From: Piromyces finnis finn | Lineage: Eukaryota; Fungi; Neocallimastigomycota | Direction of reading: 5' to 3' | NCBI GenBank assembly: GCA_002104945.1 | Contig: MCFH01000056.1 | Span: forward strand, 1 to 64,000 | Length of the DNA stretch: 64,000 nt | Shown: piece by piece, positions 1 through 12,801 of the stretch | Position numbering within the stretch: the stretch's first letter is position 1 | Layout: each line of letters begins with the position of its first letter | Notes under the pieces: model-generated | What the model saw: the letters and a program-made list of their open reading frames with translations, nothing else | Database searches by the model: none | What the model was told of the DNA's origin: nothing | Program-made: the position numbers and the translations under genes

Positions 1-409
1 GATAGGTAAAATAAATAAATTAAATTAATTGAACTTTTAATAGAATAATAATATTATGTTATCTGTTATATTAAAAAAGTTTTAAAATAAGAAGAAAAAT
101 AAAAAGGCTGTTAATTAAATCAATATTTCTTTCTTCATTATAATGTTTTATTTATAACATTAAATTAATTATTTTATTTTATAATCTTCTTTTCTTTCTT
201 GTTGTTTTTCTTATTTCTTTTTTAGTATTATTTACGGTACTCTTTGTTATTCTTGTTCTTCCTCTTGTTCTTTTTCTTGCTTATGTTTTTGTTGTTGTCT
301 TTGTAATTTTAACATATTTCTTATTATTTTCAATGATTTGATTTAACATACTATTTTTATATATTTTAATTTGATTTAAACTTTCATCTTTTTCAGTTGA
401 TTTGGGCTC

Positions 410-1280
410 ATCTACTTAAATTCAAACTTTTTCCAAATCGTCTTGGTCGTACTATCAAATATACATTTCTATCATTGTTAATAAAAGTTTGTATCATTCT
501 AGTTTTATCAACAAAATAAAACTTATCAAGATCAACATCTATATACGCTTCTCCAGAATATACTTTTTTTGGCATTTCTTTTCTTTTGAATTTCTCACAA
601 TAATTTATTTCATAAATTACATCACATTCTTCTTTATAGATAGCTATTCCATATTTAATAATTTTTTCATTTTTTTTATTTAAGCTTTTTCCATTATTAA
701 TTCTTCATTATTATCCAATGCTTCATAACAACTTTTATTAAATTCAACATTTTTTAGTTTTTCTTTCATTATAAAATAAATATTTTTTGATGAAAATTTA
801 CTATTATCACCGTCATTTTGATATTTCTTATCAACAAATAATAATTCACGAATATTGCTTTTTTCATTAAAATTATACTTAGTAATAATTTTATAATCGT
901 CTTCTAAAAATAACAACTAATAGATAATAACATAAAAATTATCTAAAAAGCTAGATTAGTTATCATAATAGTTGACTATATTATTAATTTTACTTTCAAG
1001 AAATTCTTTTATTCTTTCTTCATCATAATATTCTATAAAATAATTAATTCCATTAATTATTTCATTGTTACTTTTATACAAATTCTTTTTCCATTCAATA
1101 AACTTATATTTAATTAATTCTTCAATTACTTTATTTCTTATTATTAATTTTTTATTATTTTCATTTTCTGTATTAATATCAATTAGATAATCATATTCAA
1201 TAAATAATGACCAAATAATACAAAGTTCAATTTCTGTATTTATACACTTTTATTCATCATCATCCGATATTCGATTAAAT
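410..1280 (-). pseudogene. Decayed AAA-ATPase-like / PD-(D/E)XK_9 (DUF1703-type) gene; the nuclease C-terminus runs into the start of a second AAA unit
   Basis: Minus-strand translation across frames gives IWSLFIEYDYL...KLIIRNKVIEELIKYKFIEW, then ORF 680-916, then EKIIKYGIAIYKEECDV (nuclease C-end), then FYFVDKTRMIQTFINNDRNVYLIVRPRRFGKSLNL (YFVDKT / RPRRFGKS Walker A signature). Multiple stops and frameshifts. Confidence 0.75.
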
Positions 1281-2349
1281 AATTAAAACATTAATAAATA
1301 TATATATAATATATTCATTATATTTTTAATATATAATAAATAATTATAATATAAAAAATAAATGTTATATTAATATTTAGTAATATTTGAATGTATTAAT
1401 TATTATAATTACATCGTTAATAAATTGTATTTATATCTTCTTTTATCTATTGAGATATTTATATTATAAATATAATAGAATATATTATATGAGTATACTT
1501 TCTCTTTACGATAATCTTTTAAATTAAATGAAAAATACTATATCCTATCAATTATTATTGGCTAATATTTCTTAATTAACCTGCTTTGTATTTAATTAAA
1601 ATGAGTAAAACTAGGTGAGTAATCGTTAGAAAATCAGTCTTGAATGAAAACTAGTCTAATACTACTACATTGACTATTTACTATATTAACTATTACTTCA
1701 TTGAACTATTATTACTTCTACTACACACTATTACTACTAATAATAATAATAACCTCTTAATAAAATAGAAATTTATTTCTTTTATTGGAATAATTATTTT
1801 AGAATTTTATATTAAATATTTTTATAAAATATTATATTTTGTTGTCTACTAATTTCTTTTGATAATTATATAAAATTTATTGTTTTATTTAATTCTCTTT
1901 AAATTATAATCCTTTTTTATTTTTAATATTTGTAATTATAAAATATTAATGAAATAATAAAATATTTTATCAATACATTCCTTCAATTTGATACTATTTT
2001 TTTAAATAACTTTTAATAGAAAGCATTTCATTCTTTCTATTTAAAAACACTTTTTTTTCTTTCCTTTTAATACTATTATCCCATATTTATTATTATTTAT
2101 TATTTATTATTTATATTATTTATTTATAAATTAAATAGCCCTAGCCACCACCATTAATTTTATTCAAAAAGTTTTTTAATTACAATTTACTTTTTCATTT
2201 TAAATAGAATAATGAATAGAATAATAGAATAATGACATTCATAATAAATATTATAAAATATTATAAATATAAATAAAGGAAAAATAAAAATGTATAGTAT
2301 GCCTTTTTATTAAAAATAATAAATAAAAAAAATGGTAGGTGTTATTATG

Positions 2350-3246
2350 AGATTTTAATATTAATATATTTAAAATTGTGTTGTTTTTGTAAAGTATTCC
2401 TTGTAATAAAAACATCCCATAATAAATTCACTTTTTAATATGCTATTAACTGAATAGATTATGTAATCTGTATTTATAAAAGATAAATCCTTAATATAGA
2501 AAGGTATATTAACATCCACAATAAGTATAATTCTAATGTATCTTACTGTACACTATTAATAAAATATTCAAAATTCATAGTTTTAATAATATTAAAATAA
2601 TGATATAACTAAAGGTTAATATTACAAGATATTAGATATTGTTTCCTCTCCCCACTTTCTTATTCATACCTATTTAAATAAAAAAGATTACATTCTATTT
2701 TCAAAATTGTATGTACAACAATATATATATTTATTGTGTGCCACATAATGTATGTATTTTGGCTTATACCTTTGATCTATTACAATACATTAATAATTGT
2801 AATTCATTCTCAAAGTTTTTTTTTTATTTAATTAGCATTTAAAAAAGTGGAAGAAAAGAATCCTTTTCTCCAATGAATTATACTATAATCCATTTTATTA
2901 TGGGTTAATTTATATAATTCTTTCAATTCATTATTATCATTTGTATTTAATTTGTGGAAATAACTTAATGCTGATTGTGTTACAGGTTCACCAACTGATT
3001 GAGCTGCTAAAATACCAACATGAGTATTTTACGAGACTTGATTTTATCCACAATTATTTTAGTAAACTTATCACAGTCAATTTCTTCTGCTTTGATTTTT
3101 TTCTTTAAATAATTTCTTACTTTATTATTTATTTGATCAATATAAGGAATCAATCTTTTATTTTCTTTAAAATTTTTAGAAATTTCGTTACATATATAAT
3201 CAATATCTTCAACAGAAAAATATTGTATATTTTGAGATTCTTCCAT
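2350..3246 (-). pseudogene. Stand-alone C-terminal part of a multisubunit RNA polymerase largest subunit (RPB1/beta-prime, trigger-loop region); probably viral
   Basis: ORF 3007-3246 (own ATG) frameshifts into HVGILAAQSVGEPVTQSALSYFH (codons 3022-2954). This matches the RPB1 trigger-loop consensus VGxxAAQSIGEPxTQxTLNxFH. Downstream sequence is broken by stops, so the 3' end is approximate. Confidence 0.85.
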
Positions 3247-3863
3247 ATTTGAAATATTTATTTAAAATATATTTATATATTTATATAATATTTATAAAAT
3301 ATTTAAATAAAATATCTACAAAATATTTACTATAAATTTACAAAATATTTATAAAGTATTATTAATTATCATTTTATAATTTAATACATATATATGAATT
3401 ATAAATAAATTATACAATCTTTTTATAAAGAATTTACAAGAGAACTTTATATTTTTAAAAAATTATTTTAATTTAATACATATTTTATGATTTTATACTA
3501 AACACAGTTTATTAATTAATATACATAATTAATATATAAAAACCTTTATAAACTAATGATATTAAGGTTATTTACATTAATACATATAGAATATCATGAA
3601 ATTAATTATACATTACTAATAATATATATATATCATTATACATATATATATTATATATTATTATTATACATATTACAATGAATTAATATTATGCTTTTAA
3701 ATATAAATTTGTTAATTCTTTATGATAACAAAATTACAATATTGAATTCCAATTTTAAAAATTATTATTTAAATAATAACAAAATAAATAAATAAATAAA
3801 TAAATATAAAATTTAAAAAAAAAATAACTTTATACATCTACGATAGTATTAATATCTTATTAA

Positions 3864-6010
3864 CTAAAAAATCATATAAATAGAATTATTTTTGAAAGAT
3901 GAATAGATAGATCCATCTAAATTTCTTTTTAATATTAAATAAGGTTTATTAAGGATAGTTGATTTTAATATTTCTATGGATGCTTTATATGGATAATAAA
4001 CTTCATTATCCCATACACCATAGGTAATAACTTTTTTATTGTTTTCATCCATAATACTATAATGATATGCAGTTATATTTTTAATATTTTTACATAAAAA
4101 AGAAAATGATGGTAGTGTATTGTATAATTTATCATTATCTTTTATTATTGGTATTGTTGGTATTATTTCTGAATAAATCGATCTCCATAAATATACCTTT
4201 TCATCTGGAGATTCCTTTTCTGTTATTAAAACTGTTTTATTATCTGAAACATATTGTTTAATGTATTTAGTTAATGTAGCATTATCTATGATTGAAATTG
4301 AATTCTTTTTAAACATAAAAAATATAGCATGTACAAAATCATCATTAAAATTGAACAAACTCTTATTTAAACTTACTACATATTCATATCTATAATTAGG
4401 AAGTGTAAATAATTTACATGTATTTAACATTATTATTAAAAAGGGAAAAGAAGAATTACAACTGTAGACATAATCAAAAACACAATATGGATATACATTC
4501 ATATTATTATCTACTGAAAAAGATAGTATATTAATATCATTGTAATTGTAATTTTCATTTATTAATTTTAATTGTTTATTCTTAAACTTTTCTTTTACAC
4601 AATTTATTAATTCCTTCTGACTAGGAATATTAATATATTTATTTCATTTAGAGCATATTATAAATTTATTATTTATTTCTGGAATATCAAAATATTGTTT
4701 ATATAAACCTTGTAATTCATAACCATAAGAAATAAATAAAATGGAATGAAATTTTCCTTTACAAAGTTTGTCTAGTTTATAAGTAATATTAAATTAAACA
4801 GATTTTTCTTTTTCTTTGTACTTTCTTATCACTTTAACACATTTAGGAACTACATTTAATTCTGATACTGAATCAAATAATATCTTTTTGTCATGAAATA
4901 CAAAGTTATTATCAATAGAATTTTTATTTGTTGAAAGAGCAATTTTATATCCTGAATTTTCTGGTGATCTATAATAATTATTATTCCACTGTACATATGG
5001 TATATTATTATTAATACATTTTTCTTTATCAGCAATTACTGGTAATATCTTATCCTTATTATTAAAATATCTAGTATAATATTTTCCAAATAATCAATTA
5101 TAATTTATTTTTAATGGAATATTTAATACTTTATTTCTTTTATAATAACTTATATGAAAATCAATATATAATAAATAAAGATAGTTTAATATTATTTTAA
5201 CAGTCATATACATATACCATTCTAATTCTTGAAATTGGATAATTTCTGTAAATTGTTTATATTTGTTATATAGTTTCATATTCAATGACTGATTAAAGAT
5301 ATTCATTGTATATACTAATTTTTCTTTATTTTTTATTATATCTTCATTTTCATTGGTATATATATAGGGATATAAAGCATTTTCATATAACATCAAATCA
5401 AACAATTGAAAATTTATATTTATTGGATAAGTAAAAGAAACAATACTTGGTTTGAATCTAATTAGTATTTGATCACTTGAATAATTTAAACATGGTAATA
5501 ATTTACAAATAATATTATCATAAGTATCTCTTTCATAAAATGTTATTTTATTTCTAGTGATTCTTATACTATCATGACAACATTTAATAATTATGAAATT
5601 ATCTGAATCTTTAACATCCTTATTTTTATCTTTTGCAATTAACACTTGATTATAGTGATACGTTTCAGTATATCTTTTATTAAAGTAATGATAGTAATTT
5701 ATTCTTTTGATAAAAGCAGTTACATATTGACAAGTATTTGGTAACTCTAGCTTTATTATTTTATTATAAATATCTTTAAGCGTATATGAAGGTATATTTT
5801 TAGATATATAATAATTTGTTTTAGTTGTATCTTTTAAATCAAAATTATATTTAAATATTTTTTCATTACATATTTTTTCCAAAGTATTAATAAGCAAAAA
5901 ATTATTCAGATTGTCATTTATATTATTATTGCTATAGTTAATAATATATTGATCTTTAGTAAGATTATTGCAATTAATAATACTTATTCCTTCAAAGAAT
6001 GAAAAATATT
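3864..6010 (-). pseudogene. Probable NCLDV early transcription factor large subunit (VETF-L / A7-like), about 715 codons
   Basis: ORFs 5094-5897 and 3864-4502 and the gap between them lie in one frame, broken only by TGA 5094-5096, TAA 4794-4796 and TGA 4644-4646. Blocks FDLMLYENALYPYIYTNENEDIIKNKEKLVY, LFGKYYTRY..ILPVI and NNYYRSPE resemble my recollection of giant-virus VETF-L. No introns. Confidence 0.55.
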
Positions 6011-6119
6011 TATATTATTATTATAATAATAAAATCTTTTAAAAATAATAAGATACTTATTAATATTTATATTATTATTAATATTAAATATTTTAAATTT
6101 GTATTAATATTATTAGTAA

Positions 6120-7390
6120 CTGATTTGAAAGTATTTTTGTGTTTCTTTTCCTGCTAAATTAGCAGATTTATAATAAATTCCTGAAATATAATTACCAAAT
6201 TCTTTTATACTTTCTTACATTTGTTTTTTTTTTTATTTTCATTCATAGAATATTTTATAGTATTATCATAATTAATCATTTCTTTAAATAACTCTTCAGT
6301 TTTTATTTCTGAATCTTTAGAATATTTAGAAATAAGATTATGATTATATTTAACAACTTTATCAATAGCTTTAGAAAATGATTCATTTTTTAAATCTTCT
6401 AGAGATTGAATATTTTTTGGTAATTTCTTACTTAATTTACTATAGTTTTGCTTAAAAAAAAAATAGCATTTACAGCATTAATGCTTCCCAGTGATTAGTA
6501 GTTAATATATTGGTAATTTAATTCATTAGAGAATCTTAGCCATCTTTGAGCTTCCATGTCATTACCACTATTTTGAATTAGATTAGAATCTTCATCAGCT
6601 TTGCTATTAATATTTGATTTGTCAATATGCATATTAATTAAGCTTTTTTCTGATGAACTATTAGAATTCAATTTAATACTACCTTCTTTGGGAAATTTAG
6701 CATTGATATCATATTTATCTTGATTACTTTTTTCAATTTTTGACATAGTATTATTAAAATTAATATTAGCAACATATCTAACCCTATTATCTAATTTGTT
6801 ATTAAATTCAACCATACTAATAAAAATAATATTATTCAAATCACTACTATACATATAACCATAGCATATTGAAATAGCAGCTAAGTCATTTTAATTAGAT
6901 GATATAAGATACATGATTTAATATATGTAATTCATTTCCTTTATAATTTTTTAATAAATTAATTTAATTTCCTTCATTATCAACATATATATATGTATAT
7001 ATTTTGTATCTGTAATAAACTTATATGTATTTTTATCTATATTTTTGTTATTTGACAAATTTATACTATTTTCAAAACCCTTTAATACTAATGTTTTACT
7101 TTCAGGCGAAATCTTCTCGTTTTTAATTATATCAATAGCATTACTGTTGTCTAAGTTTTCAAGATCAAGATAATTTATTTTGTGCATCTAAAAATCATTA
7201 GAATCATATTCTTTTTATCCTTCTTAGATACAATACTATCATGTAATTTGTGAATAACTTCACTATTATTTCTTAAATTACTGGTATTATATTTTTTAAT
7301 ATTTTTATTAAGTAATTCATGTAAATTGTTATAAATAGTTAATTATGTATCTCTGTGAACATCATCATATTTTTTTAAAACTTTTTTTTA
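6120..7390 (-). pseudogene. Unidentified decayed gene co-directional with the viral-like cluster
   Basis: ORFs 6951-7187 and 6495-6854 plus coding-like segments on either side (KQNYSKLSKKLPKNIQSLEDLK..., KEFGNYISGIYYKSANLAGK) join across frameshifts at homopolymers. No family recognised. Confidence 0.45.
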
Positions 7391-8612
7391 AAAAACTTAT
7401 TATTTAATATAATTGTTTATTATTTTTAATAATGTAATAAATATTTATATTAATTTATAATATTTAAATATATATAATAATTTCAAATATGTAAAAACAT
7501 CTTTCTACTATTAGTGCTACTCTTGATAAAATTAAATAATATTAATAATTTTATTAACATTTTAAAATGTTACATAAAACTTGTTTTAAGTTAAATGTAA
7601 AATATATTATAAAAGCATTATTATATTAATAATTTATATAAATTATTTTCAATTTTGTTGTTTATTATATTTAATTGTATATATAGATATTCCATAAAAT
7701 AATAATAAAATTAATATTGCTAAATAATCTGAATAATCAAACAATGTATTACCAAATATTAATCCAACATTAATTATAAAAGCAATACAAAAGAATATTT
7801 TATGTAAATTATTTTCAAATTTCATGGTGTTGTTTATTATATTATAAAAATTATATTATAAATTATAAATAAAAATTATTTTATATAAACATAAATTAAT
7901 ATTTTAATATTTTATAAACATAAATTAATGTAATATTGAAATAGATTATCATGTAGTTTTTAGTACATTTTATTTAGTACATTAATGTATTTATCATATT
8001 TTTATAATCATGTGATAAATTAAAGTATTTATTAGAGTATTTAATATAAACAGATAAACAAATTTTATAGTTAGATTTTGGTATAAATTAGTAGAAAATA
8101 TAGTAAATTAGTCTTTATCTAAGAATATAATAGTTAGGAGATATTCTTACGATCATTTAATATTAAGTATATAAGTCAACCACAAATCCTTAGTGTATTG
8201 AAACGAGTTGTATCAATTATTTAATGTATAATATATATTATAATAATTTAGTATATATAATATAATAAATTAATACTTATAATATATTTATTAAAGAATC
8301 TAATGATATACATTCATTCAAAATAATATACAAATTTGGTATTTAAATTATTATACATAATATCTATTTTATTATTGTTATAATGATTTCTAGGAAACTT
8401 ATAATGACACCACGAATATTAAGACACAGGTCAATAAATTCTTATTATTAAAACTTTATTAATGTATATTATAAATTTTTTTTTGTTAATAACAACACGA
8501 GGAAAAAAAAGAAAAAAAAGATTATTAACATTTAACATTATATTATCTCATACTACGGTTTGACCAATAGTTTTAAGAATAACTAATTTAATAAAAAAAT
8601 TAAAAATAAAAT

Positions 8613-8664
8613 AAAATTCAGTATAATGTACTCGAACCTGGGACATACCATTATACTGAATTTT
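8613..8664. repeat. 16-bp perfect inverted repeat with 20-nt loop at the break point of an integrase fragment
   Basis: AAAATTCAGTATAATG (8613-8628) and CATTATACTGAATTTT (8649-8664). Confidence 0.9.
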
Positions 8665-9231
8665 GAATGGACCTACCTTTCTAGGTTTAAGTTTTTTATT
8701 TCCTTTTCTGTCGAATAAATAGCTTCTAATCCAAACTTTATCGTTAATTTTATAGTTTGGAGGTTTTTTCCTATAGTTATCAGCGAATTTCTTTTGAGTT
8801 TCGGTAGCTCGGGATAAATGGTCCTTCAGTTCGTCAGTGATTCTTTTTAAATCTCTAGTGAAAAAATTGGCTCTAGGAACTTCAGTTTGGCTTGGGATGG
8901 CAGGGGAGTGTCTAGGATTGAAACCATAATTTAGAAAGAACGGGGAGGCCTGGGTGGACTCTTGAGTGGCATTATTATAGCTGAATTCAGCTAAACAAAG
9001 ATATTTAATCCAATTTTTGCCTCTGTAATTCAAGTAACATCTTAAATATTGTTCCAGAATAGAGTTTACTCTCTCCGTTTGACCATTGGATTGATGATGA
9101 AACGGAGTAGCATACTTGCAGGAAATATTTAAAGAACGACAAATAGAGGACCAAAACTTGGAGGTGAATTGTGATCCTCTATCCGAAATAATATCAAAAG
9201 GGAGGCCGTGTAGACGAAAGATATATGAGAG
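8660..9231 (-). mobile_element. Ty3/Gypsy integrase fragment (core to GPF motif)
   Basis: [23 protein letters not shown]...[12 protein letters not shown]...LKPRKVGPFK within ORF 8548-9303. The ORF ends outside this span are flanking repeat sequence. Confidence 0.92.
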
Positions 9232-9658
9232 TGTAAAAAGATGTGTCTTTAACAATAAAAAACAAGTTATAATATTTACTAAATAACTTAGTAATATTAA
9301 CACTTTAAAATATCCTGTAAATTATTAATTTATAAAAATATTATTAAAAACACATAGAATTTAACTTAATAAGTTAGTGTTTAATAATATAATTATTTAT
9401 TAATAAAATCTCGGTTTTTTTAAAATATTTGGGAAAATTCACTCGTATTTATACTAAAATTTTTTTAAATTAATTTATAAAATTTTTTCAACTTAATTTT
9501 TAGCCAATCAATAATCTTCATATAAAATAAAATTTAAAATAAAATAAATAAAAATTATAATTTTTAAAAACAGTATCTATGAGGTCTCGAACTAGTGTCA
9601 TTCAGACTCAAAGTCTTAGCTACTAACCACTAAGACAATTTAGTTATTTCTAGCATTT
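9232..9658 (-). mobile_element. Family H LTR, with a tRNA-like segment near its right end
   Basis: Starts TGTAAAAAGATGTG. Colinear with copies at 23149-23567 and 29190-29623, and with reverse copies at 14466, 19141 and 50061. Right end interrupted by a family A LTR. Confidence 0.8.
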
Positions 9659-10155
9659 TGTAAGAAATATTTGTGGCCATAAGTTTGCCCACAAATATTT
9701 CAATTGAAACCATATATTCTGGTCACCATTTATTGGCCAGATATATGGATAACCATATATTAATGGTTATTAATTAAATAGGAAGTTTATTTGCTTTACC
9801 CAATCAAGTGGTAAAGAAAATAAACTAATATAGTTAAATAGTATAGTTAAAACTAACGTTAAATACTTTAGCGTTAGTATTAGAGTAAATTAATAGCTAT
9901 AATAATAAATAATGTATAATAATTATAATAAATAAATAAAAGATATAATTAACAAATAATTATTAAGTAGATTTATTTCATAATAATATTTATATATTTA
10001 TTTATATTTATTTTAGTGTTATAATATTTATTTTATTTCTTTTATTATTTTTATAAAACTTTATTTAGTTATTAACTCGTATAGAGAGGTAATAACTAAC
10101 TTAATTAACTAAATTATATAACTTATTAACTAATATTATAAAAACACCTTTTACA
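9659..10155 (+). mobile_element. Family A solo LTR
   Basis: TGTAAG...TTTTACA, same sequence as the LTRs of element 43259-50060. TSD CATTT on both sides. Confidence 0.93.
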
Positions 10156-10268
10156 CATTTGTTGATATAAATTGGAATTAATAAATATGAAATTATAATC
10201 TTGATATAAACTAACCCTCAAAACAACTTAAAAATAAACAATAAATAATAATAATATTTAAATGTTTA

Positions 10269-11060
10269 TGTAAAGATATAATATATATCTTTAGATTATT
10301 TAATAATTAATTATTAATTATTAAATAATAAATTAATATTTAGTAAAACTGATTATAAAATTTTTGAGTAAATTTTATGGAATAATTTAATAATAAATTA
10401 TTTTATAATAATTCCGTTAAATTTAAATTAAGATAAATATTTAAGTTTAAGGAATAAAAGAATTTTAATTAAATTTAAATATTTCAAATATTTTAAATAA
10501 TTAAAATATTTTTCAAATACTTTTTATTTAATTTTAGAATAGATTATACTTTTTTATTTAAATTTAGAATAGTTTAATAATTTTAACTTAGTTTTAAAAA
10601 TAGATTTATTTATATTTCAATAGGAAATATATTAAGAATAGTATTGATAATATTAAATTAATTTATAGAAAATACATGGGCTTTATTCAATTTTGAGTTT
10701 ACTCAAATTGAATTAAAAGTATAATGAATTAGTTTAGTTTAGTTCTGTTATTTTATTATTTAATTAAATTAGTTTTGTTTATTTTATATTAAATATATGT
10801 TTATTTAAATAGAATAATATATTAGAATATAATTATGAAAAAATATAAATACATGTAATTTTTATTTGTTAAATCGATGTAATTGTTATTTTCAATTTTT
10901 TAATTATTAACTATTATATAGTTAATAATATTTTTAAGAGTTTAAATAAAAATGTTTTTTTTTTAAAATAAAAATTTAATGTTTTATTTTTTTATTTTTG
11001 TGTTATTAAAAATTGTTTTGTTTTAAGTATAAAATCTGTTTTAAATTTTATACTTTTACA
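10269..11060. mobile_element. Family I solo LTR
   Basis: TGTAAAGATAT...CTTTTACA with TSD GTTTA. Near-identical copies at 32645 and 36044. Confidence 0.92.
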
Positions 11061-11209
11061 GTTTAATTAAAAGTATAAAAATTATTTATTAAAACTCAGT
11101 TTAAATTATATTTTTGTTATAAAATAAACATAGTATAGATAACATTTTAAATAGTAAAATAGTGTTATATTAATTAAATTAATTATTTTAAAATAAATTG
11201 TTTCTTTTA

Positions 11210-11552
11210 TTTATTATTCATTATTATTTTAAAACATATTAATATTTTATTTTAAAAAGTTAAAACAGAAAGAAAATTATAAATACATGTAATTATTTCC
11301 TAATTTAAAAATCAATCAATACTTTTAATAAATGTATTAAATAAAGAGTTGATTCAAAAATATATTTTAAAATTGTGTTTTTAAAACATAACTTTTATAT
11401 TTTGTTAATAATCGTTATGTCGAATTAAAATATTTCAAATAACTTTATAATAAAAATTTATTTTAAATCTTTTTTTTATATAAATTGATAAGAATATTAT
11501 CACTTTTATAATTATTTAATTATAAATTAAGATAATATTAAACACTTATCAT
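11210..11552. repeat. Family K LTR-like repeat (partial)
   Basis: Colinear with 32176-32545, which ends ATTCGTTACA. Confidence 0.6.
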
Positions 11553-12045
11553 TGTAAGAAATATTTGTGGCCAAACTTATGGCCACAAATATTTCAATTG
11601 AAACCATATATTCTGGTCACCATTTATTGGCCAGATATAAGTATAACCATATATTAATGTTTATTAATTAAATAGGAAGTTTATTTGCTTTACCCAATCA
11701 AGTGGTAAAGAAAATAAACTCATATAGTTAAATAGTATAGTTAAAACTAATGTTAAATACTTTAGCGTTAGTATTAAAGTAAATTAGTAACTATAATAAT
11801 AATTAATGTATTATAATTATACTAAATAAATAAAAGATATAATTAAAAATAATTATTAAGTAAATTTATTTCATAATAATATTTATATACATTTATATTT
11901 ATTTTTGTGTTATAATATTTATTTTCTTTCTTTTATTATTTTTTATAAAACTTTATTTAGTTATTAACTCGTATAGAGAGGTAATAACTAACTTAATTAA
12001 CTAATTATATAACATATTAACTAATAATATAAAAAATCTTTTACA
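11553..12045 (+). mobile_element. Family A solo LTR
   Basis: TGTAAG...TTTTACA, homologous to the other A copies. Flanks are not an exact TSD. Confidence 0.85.
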
Positions 12046-12801
12046 GCATTCGTTATAGAGAGGAACTATAAAATATTCTAAACTAAGTCCAGGTTTGTAT
12101 ACACGAAACTAAACTAACCAAATTATAAATTATTTTTAATAATATTTTTATTTATTTTAAACTATATTAACAACCGTTGATTACTTTACCGTGAAGGTTA
12201 TTTTACCAGAGCCCTCACTAGGTAATCAATTTATATTTATTTAAAACTAAAATTATTAATCTAAACTATAAACTAATTATAAACTAATGTTAATTTATCT
12301 AAACAAAATTAACCTATACGATTTTCCAACTATCGTTTCAATAGTTGAAAATTTTTCTTTATTTATACTTTTTAAATAAATTGAATAAATTCTAATATAC
12401 ATGTTTTAATATTATAATTTTACATTGTTTACATTTATACATTTATTAAAAGAAATTATTTGTATTAAACTATTTAAATTCAATTTATTTACTAAAGAAT
12501 TTTCTAAACTTAAAATAAAGTTTTGATTTATTTACTATATGGTTAATTATATTTCAAACATATATTTAATTTATTTATTTCTAATTTTGAGGCTTAGTTT
12601 ATAAAAAAAATTTTTTATTATCTAAAATATTTATTGGTTAAAAATTTATTTAGTTTAAAATTTTATTTTATCATCAAAAACTTTATCTTATCATAAAATA
12701 AAATTTACATAAATTTATGCTAATGTATTGTGATATAAATTTTATGAAAATTTACGGTACATTAATTTAATACATTATACATTATTTTAAATACGTATTA
12801 A

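Noticed and set aside
489-683. Plus-strand 64-aa ORF
   Set aside because: Antisense shadow of the DUF1703-type remnant; F/I-rich composition typical of AT-rich reverse frames.
3007-3246. Treating this ORF as a complete small protein, or as host RPB1
   Set aside because: It frameshifts into the trigger-loop motif. It is intronless, highly divergent, and has no upstream RPB1 sequence or CTD repeats.
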